Shown piece after piece: positions 10,129 through 17,997 of a stretch of DNA of 64,000 bases. The notes beneath the pieces are model-generated. The model was not told the DNA's origin, ran no database searches, and saw only the letters and a list, made by a program, of their open reading frames with translations. A program made the translations under genes and the position numbers. The stretch comes from Candidatus Woesearchaeota archaeon (GTDB lineage: Archaea; Nanobdellota; Nanobdellia; UBA10117; ARS21). The stretch covers positions 1,289 to 65,288 of the forward strand of contig CAYFNR010000003.1 in assembly GCA_964344605.1 (NCBI GenBank). Direction: 5' to 3'. How positions within the stretch are numbered: the stretch's first letter is position 1; each line of letters opens with the position of its first letter.

Positions 10129-10521
10129 ATGGACGTCAATAAAGAAGAAATTGGCAAAGTTAAAGTTGGTCGCTATATTGTCGTAGAGGGAGCTGCATGT
10201 CAAATTGTCAACATACAAAAATCCTCTCCTGGAAAACACGGACACGCAAAGTACAGAATAGATGCTGTTGACTTAATTACCGGTTCAAAGAAAAATTTAA
10301 TGCTAACAGGACACGCAAAAGTAGATGTACCAATAATTGGGAAAAAACCAGCACAAATTTTATCAGTCTCTGGTAACACAGCGTCCGTAATGGATATGGA
10401 AACATATGAAACTTTTGACTTGGAAATACCTTCTGAATTAGCTGAAAAAGTCAAGGCAAATTCAGACATTGTTTATTGGAATATTCTAGGAAAAAAAGTG
10501 ATGAAAGAAGTTAAGAAATGA
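10129..10521 (+). CDS. eif5a: Translation initiation factor 5A (aIF5A)
   Basis: KVGRYIVVEGAACQIVNIQKSSPGKHGHAKYRIDAVDL contains the hypusine-loop GKHG. Start chosen at MDVNKEEIG. Confidence 0.9.
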   Translation: MDVNKEEIGKVKVGRYIVVEGAACQIVNIQKSSPGKHGHAKYRIDAVDLITGSKKNLMLTGHAKVDVPIIGKKPAQILSVSGNTASVMDMETYETFDLEIPSELAEKVKANSDIVYWNILGKKVMKEVKK

Positions 10522-10691
10522 AAATCCCCGAAGCTGGCGCTAGATTATTTGAAAGAATATTTGTCTGCAGGAAATGTAAGTCTAAAATCAGGGCAAATCC
10601 TACAAAAGTAAGGGCAAACAAAATACACTGTAGAAAATGTGGTTATAATCAACTTAGAATAAAAACCAAAGAGAAAAAAGTTGTAAAGTGA
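10518..10691 (+). CDS. rpl40e: Ribosomal protein L40e (57 aa, below the ORF-track cutoff)
   Basis: Hand translation: MKIPEAGARLFERIFVCRKCKSKIRANPTKVRANKIHCRKCGYNQLRIKTKEKKVVK. It has the CxxC...CxxC zinc ribbon and basic composition typical of L40e. The ATG overlaps the aIF5A stop (ATGA). Confidence 0.7.
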   Translation: MKIPEAGARLFERIFVCRKCKSKIRANPTKVRANKIHCRKCGYNQLRIKTKEKKVVK

Positions 10692-11078
10692 TCACTCCTC
10701 TTCTAAAGGATGCCCTTTGTATGGGCACAAACCTTTGTATTCTCTCCATAACAGCAATAATCTTGCTCCAAGATCTGTTAACTTCTTGGAGCGAATAGTA
10801 TGGTCTTGCGTTAAAACAACACCATAATTGCGTTTAAAAACGGCCGCTACCCATCCACCTTTGTTGAAATCTTCACTCTCTAATCTCAAACGACGCGCCC
10901 TAGTATTAGATAAAACATATGTTGTACCGTCACTGACACAAATAAATCCATTTAAATAAGCAAATAACTCATTTTCGACGTCAGATCCAGTGAAAGCTTC
11001 CCCAGCAACTTCTTTGTCTACGGATCCGTATTTTTTTAGCAATGACGCCAAACTCTCACGTTCTTCTCTAGTTGACAT
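10692..11078 (-). CDS. Hypothetical protein (128 aa from MSTREE)
   Basis: Long ORF with no motif I recognise. Start at 11078 is preferred because the TATA-like element at 11096-11110 lies about 28 nt upstream. Its stop abuts the L40e stop. Confidence 0.5.
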   Translation of the reverse strand: MSTREERESLASLLKKYGSVDKEVAGEAFTGSDVENELFAYLNGFICVSDGTTYVLSNTRARRLRLESEDFNKGGWVAAVFKRNYGVVLTQDHTIRSKKLTDLGARLLLLWREYKGLCPYKGHPLEEE

Positions 11079-11095
11079 CACATAAATTACCAACC

Positions 11096-11110
11096 TTAAA
11101 CCTTTTAAAG
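11096..11110. promoter_or_regulatory. Palindromic A/T element in a 52-nt divergent intergenic region (possible shared TATA)
   Basis: TTAAACCTTTTAAAG. The TTTAAA core sits about 25 nt from ATG 11131 (plus) and about 28 nt from ATG 11078 (minus). Confidence 0.4.
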
Positions 11111-11130
11111 CCTCTTTCTTACATAAGTTT

Positions 11131-12333
11131 ATGGCTAAAACAGTACTTCCAAACGCAAATATAGGATTAATAGGTCACGTAGACCACGGCAAAACTACTT
11201 TGACCTCTGCCCTTTCTGGAAAGTGGACTGACACACATTCTGAGGAGCTCAAGCGCGGAATTACCATAAAACTAGGATATGCTGATATTAATATTAGGAA
11301 AACAAAGTCTGGAAAGTTTACTGTTGAAGAAAAAGAAGGTGGAAAGACAACAGTCCTTGTTAGGAAAATTTCTTTGGTTGACTCTCCTGGACACGAAACT
11401 TTGATGGCTGTAATGATATCTGGAGCTGCTATAATGGATGGAGCCATTCTATTAATTGCAGCAAACGAAGAGTGTCCTCAGCCACAGACAAGCGAACATT
11501 TAACGGCCCTAAAGATATTAGGTGTCAAGAACATTATAGTTGTCCAAAACAAAGTAGATTTGGTAAGCAAAGACGAAGCAAAAAAGAACTACAACCAGAT
11601 TAAAGACTTCGTTAAAAAAACTCTTGGAGTTGAAGTACCAATAATACCAATTTCAGCCCAGAAAAGAATCAATTTGGACCTAGTTTTAGAGGCTATAAAC
11701 GAGTTCTTCAAAGTCCCAAGCACATCTAAAGGCAATCCAGAACTTATGGTTGCAAGAAGCTTTGACATAAACAAGCCTGGAACCAAACTTGGAAAGTTGC
11801 ACGGTGGAGTATTAGGTGGGGCAATTGTATCTGGAGAATTCAAGAAAGGCAGCGAAATAGAAATTCGGCCTGGATTGAAAGAGTATGGTAAGGATATCTG
11901 GAATCCAATTAAGACCAAAGTTGTTAGCATAGCTTCAGGTGGAGAGATAATTGATAAGAAAGGTCCTGGCGGTTCCGTGGCAGTTTCAACAACACTTGAC
12001 CCATCTGTTACAAGTGGCGACTCTCTTGTTGGGAATTTAGTCGGGATACCTGGGAAATTACCTGAAGTTTTGCACAATTTGGAGCTTGATTTAAATTTAT
12101 TTGATAATGTTATTGGTGTAAAGGAAGATATTAAAATTGAACCAGTAAAAATGAATGAACCACTTATGGTGAGTTCCGGAACGTCAACTACTTTAGGTAT
12201 AACAACACAAATAGGGAAAAAAGCAAAGTTGAACTTGAAAAGGCCGATTTGTAACCACAAAGGATCGAAAGTCGCAATAAGTAGGAAAATTGGGGCAAGG
12301 TGGCATTTAATTGGTTATGGAATTATAAGCTAA
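11131..12333 (+). CDS. eif2g: Translation initiation factor 2 gamma subunit (aIF2-gamma)
   Basis: GTPase motifs NIGLIGHVDHGKTTL, DSPGHE and NKVDL. About 400 aa with EF-Tu-like domains II/III. Confidence 0.9.
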   Translation: MAKTVLPNANIGLIGHVDHGKTTLTSALSGKWTDTHSEELKRGITIKLGYADINIRKTKSGKFTVEEKEGGKTTVLVRKISLVDSPGHETLMAVMISGAAIMDGAILLIAANEECPQPQTSEHLTALKILGVKNIIVVQNKVDLVSKDEAKKNYNQIKDFVKKTLGVEVPIIPISAQKRINLDLVLEAINEFFKVPSTSKGNPELMVARSFDINKPGTKLGKLHGGVLGGAIVSGEFKKGSEIEIRPGLKEYGKDIWNPIKTKVVSIASGGEIIDKKGPGGSVAVSTTLDPSVTSGDSLVGNLVGIPGKLPEVLHNLELDLNLFDNVIGVKEDIKIEPVKMNEPLMVSSGTSTTLGITTQIGKKAKLNLKRPICNHKGSKVAISRKIGARWHLIGYGIIS

Positions 12334-12373
12334 AATCATAAGTTATTTATTCTTTGACTCCCTACAACTATTT

Positions 12374-12796
12374 ATGGCAGCCAGAAAACGTTCTATAAAA
12401 TCCGCCAAAAGAACTGCTAGGGCAAAACCTAAGAGAGTATCTGTCGCCAAAAGAACTACAGCCAAAAGAGCAAAAACTGCACGAAGAACTGTTGCAAGAA
12501 AACCAGTAAGAAAGACTAAGGCAACTAAAGCAAAAAGAACTGCGGTAGCCAAAAGAAAAATTGGTTACGTTTCGCATTACTTTGACAAGATTGGAGTAGC
12601 TGTAGTTGAGATTACGGGACGAATACAGAAGGGTGACCGTGTATCTGTTGAAGGTGCTACAACTAACTTCAAACAAAAAGTCTCATCTATGCAGCACGAT
12701 CACACAAAAATAGAAAAAGCTGCACGTGGCAGATCAGTTGGATTGAGAGTAAACCATCGCGTTAGAAGGAAGGATATAGTCTATAAGATTGGTTAA
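12374..12796 (+). CDS. Protein with a ~60-aa Ala/Lys/Arg-rich basic tail and a small C-terminal beta-barrel domain (EF-Tu domain-2-like, from memory)
   Basis: N-terminus AARKRSIKSAKRTARAKPKRVSVAKRTTAKRAKTARRTVARKPVRKTKATKAKRTAVAKRK. C-terminus IGYVSHYFDKIGVAVVEITGRIQKGDRVSVEGATTNFKQKVSSMQHDHTKIEKAARGRSVGLRV resembles stand-alone translation-elongation-factor-like barrels. Confidence 0.5.
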   Translation: MAARKRSIKSAKRTARAKPKRVSVAKRTTAKRAKTARRTVARKPVRKTKATKAKRTAVAKRKIGYVSHYFDKIGVAVVEITGRIQKGDRVSVEGATTNFKQKVSSMQHDHTKIEKAARGRSVGLRVNHRVRRKDIVYKIG

Positions 12797-12856
12797 TTCT
12801 TCCTGGTCTTTATTCTTTTCCGAACAAATTAAAAGCGTTAGCTTTTCCAGAACATA

Positions 12857-13564
12857 ATGGAATTTGAACTTGTTGGCGCTCCAATTGCTCTGTACAAGGA
12901 GTTTGATACTGGAGCTGAAAAGGGCGTCGAAGCAATTCGTAAGGAGCTAGGGACAGACTTTCCAGATCTAGATCTTAATGAATTAAGTCAGGAGAAAGCC
13001 AACAAAAAGATAAGGGAAAAGACCAAACAAGTACTCAAAACAGCAAAGAAACCTTTCTTCATCGGCGGAGATCACTCAATAACCTTGCCTATTCTGGAAG
13101 CTCAGACCATACCTTTCGATGTGTTTTGGTTTGACGCACACCTTGATGCTTATGATTTCTACAAACACAGATTAAGTCATGCCACAGTTTTAAGAAGGGT
13201 TTCTGAGCTCCCTAAATGCCGTAAGATATACTTAATTGGAAGCAGAGCAAGAGAGCTGGAGGAAAAAGAGTTTCTTAGGTCTTCAAAGAAGGTTGAGCTC
13301 ATTAAACCATATCAAATAAAGAGAGTGCATTCTCCAAGATATTATGTTACAATTGATATCGACGTTTTAGACCCTAAAGACGCACCTGCAGTAGATCATC
13401 CCGAACCCAAAGGCATCAGAATAGACCGCTTACTGGAAGAAATTAAACGGTTGAAAAGGGGGAATTTAGTTGGGGCTGACTTGGTTGAGTTGGTTCCGGA
13501 CAATGACAATTCTGGAATTACTGAAAAGAATGCAGTAAAAATAATAAAAGAAATATTAAAATAA
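12857..13564 (+). CDS. speB: Ureohydrolase family protein, agmatinase-like (short, 235 aa)
   Basis: Mn-binding motifs of the arginase/agmatinase fold: GGDHSITLP, FDAHLDAYD and TIDIDVLDPKDAPAV. Confidence 0.7.
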   Translation: MEFELVGAPIALYKEFDTGAEKGVEAIRKELGTDFPDLDLNELSQEKANKKIREKTKQVLKTAKKPFFIGGDHSITLPILEAQTIPFDVFWFDAHLDAYDFYKHRLSHATVLRRVSELPKCRKIYLIGSRARELEEKEFLRSSKKVELIKPYQIKRVHSPRYYVTIDIDVLDPKDAPAVDHPEPKGIRIDRLLEEIKRLKRGNLVGADLVELVPDNDNSGITEKNAVKIIKEILK

Positions 13565-13578
13565 GAAAAAGAAAGTGT

Positions 13579-14937
13579 TTACTTTCGCTTTCTCCAGTAC
13601 CAAATAATTAGTCCAACACCTACAACTGTCAACACAGCATATAACCAACCCATACCTGGTGCCGGTGCTGCTGGTGCCTCTACTGCTTCTTCTTCGGCTG
13701 CAGCTTCTTCTCCCTCAGCTGGGGCAAGTGGAGCTTCTTCTCCTACTTCCACTTCATCTTCTTCCTCTACTACTGGAGCGGATACTCCACCGCCTCCTCC
13801 ACCGCCTCCTCCGCCTCCGGAGGAACGAGTGACCGAGTAAGTGGAAGTCAATAGCGCCGAATTATTGGCCCAGTCTGTCATTGTACATGTTTCTTCGAAT
13901 GTACCGGATCCAGAGGATGTCGGAGTAGTTGTGAAAGACTCACTTGGGTCTGTGTCAAAGTGATCTGAACTAGAACAGTCACACGTCACAGTCTGTCCTT
14001 GGTGTACCGTTGCTGGTGTACATGAAAAAGTTCCAGTCGGAGCTGTTTGGTCTACGCTCAAATTCAGTACTTCGTTTGCGAGTCCTGTTGTGCCATTTCT
14101 AAAGGTAAGGAAACTACCGTTCCTGTTTCCAACCGCGTCCGTAACATTCATTTCAAGTGTATAGTTGGAATCGTTGAAGGTAGTGTTTAGGCTGAAAGTA
14201 AAGGAGAAATTTCCAGTTGTGAACCCCGCTTGTTCAGATGCCGTCATATTAAACCAACTCCCATTCCATGTCTTGTTATACAATCTGAAAGACACATTGC
14301 CTATTCCAGCCGAGCCATTGTTGGTGGCTCCATTCATGGTTCCGTTCACTGCGCCTTTAGTAACCCAAGTGTGAGATACAGTTACATTGACTAAGAAGGA
14401 GGCATTGTACCTGTGCCCTGTAAATGGAGTAACTATGGACACAATTGGAGGTGTATTGTCGACGGTGAAGTTTGCTTGACTACCAGTAACTAAAGTGTCT
14501 GTAGAAGTGTCCATATTTATTGCGGAGATGTTGAGTGAGTAATTGCCGTCTTGAATTGTATAATTAGCACCAAGGACGACAGCAACACCAACAAGAGCGG
14601 CGCTGCTGTTGGAAGAAGTGTTCAAGGTTGCATTCCACAAATTTGTGTTGTTAACGGCACCCGCAGGGTCGAAAGAGTATATAGCAGATCCGCTACCATT
14701 GATTAAAGTCACGTTAGTCACGTTTACAGGAACGCCAAAGGCTACGCTAAAGGATATGTTCCTAGTCAGGAAAGCATTGTTAATTGACGTGTTTGCTCCA
14801 TTCGCAAGCGCGGTCGTAGCTACCGGAGATGTATTAATAGAAGTAATAGACACAGCTGCAGCAGATACTGCTCCAAAAGACATTAGAAGTGTTAAAACCG
14901 CCAGAATCGAACCAAACCAAATCTTTTTTTGAGACAT
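13579..14937 (-). CDS. Secreted, C-terminally anchored cell-surface glycoprotein candidate (S-layer-like)
   Basis: Signal peptide (KKIWFGSILAVLTLLMSFGAVSAAA). About 31 N-x-S/T sequons counted by hand in 452 aa. Gly11 run (13786-13818), an acidic Glu/Ala stalk, then PGMGWLYAVLTVVGVGLIIWYWRKRK (TM helix plus basic end). Confidence 0.65.
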   Translation of the reverse strand: MSQKKIWFGSILAVLTLLMSFGAVSAAAVSITSINTSPVATTALANGANTSINNAFLTRNISFSVAFGVPVNVTNVTLINGSGSAIYSFDPAGAVNNTNLWNATLNTSSNSSAALVGVAVVLGANYTIQDGNYSLNISAINMDTSTDTLVTGSQANFTVDNTPPIVSIVTPFTGHRYNASFLVNVTVSHTWVTKGAVNGTMNGATNNGSAGIGNVSFRLYNKTWNGSWFNMTASEQAGFTTGNFSFTFSLNTTFNDSNYTLEMNVTDAVGNRNGSFLTFRNGTTGLANEVLNLSVDQTAPTGTFSCTPATVHQGQTVTCDCSSSDHFDTDPSESFTTTPTSSGSGTFEETCTMTDWANNSALLTSTYSVTRSSGGGGGGGGGGGVSAPVVEEEDEVEVGEEAPLAPAEGEEAAAEEEAVEAPAAPAPGMGWLYAVLTVVGVGLIIWYWRKRK

Positions 14938-15064
14938 CTATATCGACCTAAGTTATGTAATTATCTTCTATAAAACGGCTGACATATATAAAAATTCTGA
15001 CATTACTAAATAGGGGTTGCATAGATTTATAGTAAAAACAGCAGAAATACGTTCCAGCAAATAG

Positions 15065-15076
15065 TTTTTATATAAT
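15065..15076 (+). promoter_or_regulatory. TATA-like box for the class III aminotransferase operon
   Basis: TTTTTATATAAT centred about 23 nt upstream of ATG 15094. Confidence 0.45.
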
Positions 15077-15093
15077 CTATTAAATAATACACC

Positions 15094-16293
15094 ATGTCTT
15101 CCAACCGAAGCATACTCAACAAAGCTTTGAAGTATTCTGTCCCAAACACTTCTGAGTACCCTATGATCATAACTGATGGTAAAGGATCTTACCTCAAAGA
15201 CGGAAATGGAAAATGGTACTTGGACTTTAACTCAAATGTCACAAGCTGTCCTCTTGGATACAGGCACCCAGAAATTACAAAAGTCCTAAAAAAATACGCT
15301 TCGTCCGGAGCACACAAAATTGCGGGACAGGATTTTTACACAAGAGAGGCATCCGACTTGGCAGAAGCTTTAGTTAGAATATCTCCAAACAAACTATCAA
15401 AAGTATTTTTAATCAACTCAGGAGCCGAAGCTGTCGAAAATGCAATCAAATTTGCCTACCGCAGATTCGGACCAAGATATGGCATTTCTTTCGAAAAAGG
15501 TTTTCATGGACGAACTCTTGGAGCTCTGACCTTCACCCACAGCAAAATCGTGCACAAGAAAAATTATCCTGAACTTCAGCACAAAGTTCTTGAATTCTGT
15601 ACAAAAGATGATGATCCAAGAATCAATGAAATAGATCATGTTATTGAAAACGAAGGAAAACCTGCATTCATTATTTTAGAGGTCATGCAAGGTGAAGGGG
15701 GGTACAGGCCAGCAAGCAAAAAATTCGTCCAAAAACTCTACAGGGTTTCGAGGGCAAAAAATATTCCCCTAATCACTGACGAAGTCCAATCTGGAATTGG
15801 GAGAACTGGGAAATGGTGGGCCTTTGAACATTATGGAATTGAGCCGGACATTTTTACATCTGCGAAGGCGCTGCAAGTAGGGGCAACAATTTGCTCCGGG
15901 AAGTACTGTATTACCGAAAGTGGCTCTGTCTCTTCCACATGGGGGGGAGGACACAGAATTGATATGGCTGTTGGACTAAAAACAATTAAAATAATAAAAA
16001 AAGACAGGTTGCTTCAGCGAGCGACAAAGTTAGGGAATGAAACTATAAAAATTCTAAAAGATATGCAAAACAGATACCCTTCCATAGTAGACATTCGCGG
16101 GCTTGGATTCATGATTGGAGTCGAAATGAATACCATAAAAAACCGAAACAAAATAGTTCAAGAAGCCTTCAGAAAAAAACTCCTTCTGCTAGGATGTGGA
16201 GACAAGTCAATCAGGATAGTTCCACCCTTAAACATTTCAGAGAGAGATCTGAAGAAAGGTTTGGAAATTTTTGAGAGCTGCCTAAAAGTTTAA
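15094..16293 (+). CDS. Class III (PLP) aminotransferase (ornithine/acetylornithine/GABA aminotransferase family)
   Basis: NSGAEAVENAIKFA, DEVQSGIGRTGKWWAFEHYGIEPDIFTSAKAL (PLP lysine in SAKAL). Confidence 0.8.
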   Translation: MSSNRSILNKALKYSVPNTSEYPMIITDGKGSYLKDGNGKWYLDFNSNVTSCPLGYRHPEITKVLKKYASSGAHKIAGQDFYTREASDLAEALVRISPNKLSKVFLINSGAEAVENAIKFAYRRFGPRYGISFEKGFHGRTLGALTFTHSKIVHKKNYPELQHKVLEFCTKDDDPRINEIDHVIENEGKPAFIILEVMQGEGGYRPASKKFVQKLYRVSRAKNIPLITDEVQSGIGRTGKWWAFEHYGIEPDIFTSAKALQVGATICSGKYCITESGSVSSTWGGGHRIDMAVGLKTIKIIKKDRLLQRATKLGNETIKILKDMQNRYPSIVDIRGLGFMIGVEMNTIKNRNKIVQEAFRKKLLLLGCGDKSIRIVPPLNISERDLKKGLEIFESCLKV

Positions 16294-16317
16294 ATAAAAT
16301 ATAAGACAGTTTAGACT

Positions 16318-16584
16318 ATGGGAGATCTAGTTGATTATTACGGCACAGAATGTCCGCATTGTATAAAGATGATGCCACTAGTAAAAAAACTCGAAAAGGA
16401 ACTTGGCGTTAAGGTCGAAAGAAAGGAAGTTTGGCACAATACTAAAAACGATGCTGAAATGAAAGCAATACCTGAGTTCGAACAGTGTGGCGGCGTTCCC
16501 TTCTTTTACAACAAAAAAACTAAGAAAGTTATATGTGGTGCCGCATCTTATGCCAAGCTAAAAGCATGGGCTCAAGGCAAATAA
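16318..16584 (+). CDS. Small thioredoxin-fold protein (CPHC active site)
   Basis: 88 aa. YGTECPHCIKMMPLV redox motif and GGVPFFY cis-Pro-region analogue. Confidence 0.7.
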   Translation: MGDLVDYYGTECPHCIKMMPLVKKLEKELGVKVERKEVWHNTKNDAEMKAIPEFEQCGGVPFFYNKKTKKVICGAASYAKLKAWAQGK

Positions 16585-16594
16585 ATACTAATTC

Positions 16595-17368
16595 ATGGCA
16601 ACAAGGAATGTTTCCTACCTAAACTCACGAGGGAAGAGAGTTAATGGTATTTTGACAACCCCTGATTCGGGAGAAAAATTTCCCTGTGTTGTCCTCTGTT
16701 CGCATTTCACTGGGTTCAAAGAACTCAAGCATTTGCATGCTATGTCAGAAAGTTTTGCCCAGAAAGGCATAGCTTCCCTGAGATTTGACTATTCTGATTG
16801 TATGGGAACTCTAGATGTAAGTTGCAATGATATGACTCTAACTGGATATGTTCTTGATTTAGTGTCCTCTTTGGACTTCTTGGATCGACAGCCAGAAATA
16901 GATTCTACTCGTTTAGGCGCAGCAGGTCATTCAATCGGAGCTGCAACAGCTATAATTGGAGCGTCCAGAGATTCCAGAATTAATGCCTTAGTCTCTGTGG
17001 CCGCTCTTGCCAAAGGTGAGTGGGAACCTTTATTCGATGACAACACAATCCGGGCGTGGAAAAGCAAAAAATACACTATATTTAACACGCCAAAGAAGGG
17101 AAACATAAAAATAGGCTACATATTTTATGAGAACCTCATGGAGTATGATGGCACAGAAGATGTCAAAAAAGTTGTAGTGCCTATTTGTTTCATACATGGA
17201 TCTGCAGACAAACTTTTGCCCATAAAACACTCACAGGCCCTCCACAAAAACGCAAAGAACCCAAAAAAGCTGGAAAAGATTTCAGGAGCAGATCACCTTT
17301 TTACAAAACCGGAACACGAGAAGAAAATGATTGAAGTATGTACTAACTGGTTTGTAAAATACATTTGA
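16595..17368 (+). CDS. Alpha/beta-fold hydrolase
   Basis: GHSIGA nucleophile elbow (GxSxG), later FIHGSADKL and GADHLF (Asp/His candidates). Confidence 0.65.
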   Translation: MATRNVSYLNSRGKRVNGILTTPDSGEKFPCVVLCSHFTGFKELKHLHAMSESFAQKGIASLRFDYSDCMGTLDVSCNDMTLTGYVLDLVSSLDFLDRQPEIDSTRLGAAGHSIGAATAIIGASRDSRINALVSVAALAKGEWEPLFDDNTIRAWKSKKYTIFNTPKKGNIKIGYIFYENLMEYDGTEDVKKVVVPICFIHGSADKLLPIKHSQALHKNAKNPKKLEKISGADHLFTKPEHEKKMIEVCTNWFVKYI

Positions 17369-17403
17369 CAATATTTATATTGTTCAATTTACCATACAAG
17401 ATC

Positions 17404-17997
17404 ATGACTCTATTACTGGGAATTGAAGCATTCCATCTTCTGTCGAAGTATGATATTCCATGGGTCAAAACCATAAAAGTTGACAACACTGCAAGGCTAA
17501 AATCCATGAAACTACCTTTTTACATGAAAGCAATATCTACTAGAGCTGTACACAAAACTGAAGCAAAGGCAATTATCCTCATCAACAGCAGAAGTCAAAT
17601 CGAAAAAGAATTCTCTCGCTTGAGAAAAATTGGACCAGTAATTGCTCAAGAGAAGTTTGATGGCGTCGAAATTCTAATTGGAGCTAAAACTGACGAGACT
17701 TTCGGAAAAGTAGTTGTGTGCGGTCTTGGTGGAATCTTTGTTGAAGTTGTAAAGGACGTTTCCTTTCGTGTAGCTCCCATCAAGAAGAAAGACGCTCATG
17801 AAATGATTCGTGAACTTAAAGCTTACAAAATCTTGAAAGGCTATAGGGGGAAGGGTGTAAATCTGGATGCCTTGGAAACAATTCTAGTTAACGTCAGCAA
17901 GCTCGCAGTAAAGGAGAACATTTCTGAGCTTGACATTAATCCTCTGATAATAGATAAAAACCGTGGCTATGCTGTGGACGCGAGAATAGTCTCTTAG
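17404..17997 (+). CDS. acdB: ADP-forming acetyl-CoA synthetase, beta (ATP-grasp) subunit
   Basis: GIEAFHLLSKYDIPW, VEILIGAKTDETFGKVVVCGLGGIFVEVVKDVSFRVAP, ELDINPLI. ATG 17404 is preferred (TATA-like CAATATTTATATTG about 28 nt upstream). Confidence 0.7.
   Translation: MTLLLGIEAFHLLSKYDIPWVKTIKVDNTARLKSMKLPFYMKAISTRAVHKTEAKAIILINSRSQIEKEFSRLRKIGPVIAQEKFDGVEILIGAKTDETFGKVVVCGLGGIFVEVVKDVSFRVAPIKKKDAHEMIRELKAYKILKGYRGKGVNLDALETILVNVSKLAVKENISELDINPLIIDKNRGYAVDARIVS

Noticed and set aside
11589-12260. Long antisense ORFs opposite well-supported genes: 223 aa opposite aIF2-gamma, and also 3603-4130, 25123-25728, 34193-34765, 41412-41960 and 51129-51737.
   Set aside because: Each lies entirely inside a gene with strong family motifs. 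The products are low-complexity Ser/Pro/Phe-rich with no motif, start context or promoter. This is the usual stop-poor shadow frame of a coding strand.
12343-12676. Two antisense ORFs (69 and 102 aa) opposite the basic-tail protein.
   Set aside because: They are mirror images of the Ala/Lys/Arg low-complexity region (Ala/Leu/Phe-rich translations). The sense frame has the promoter and a structured C-terminal domain.
13579-14937. Elevated GC of the surface-protein gene as evidence of horizontal transfer.
   Set aside because: The composition bias is largely explained by Gly/Ala/Thr/Ser-rich protein content (GGN and GCN codons). I cannot separate this from foreign origin without codon-usage statistics.
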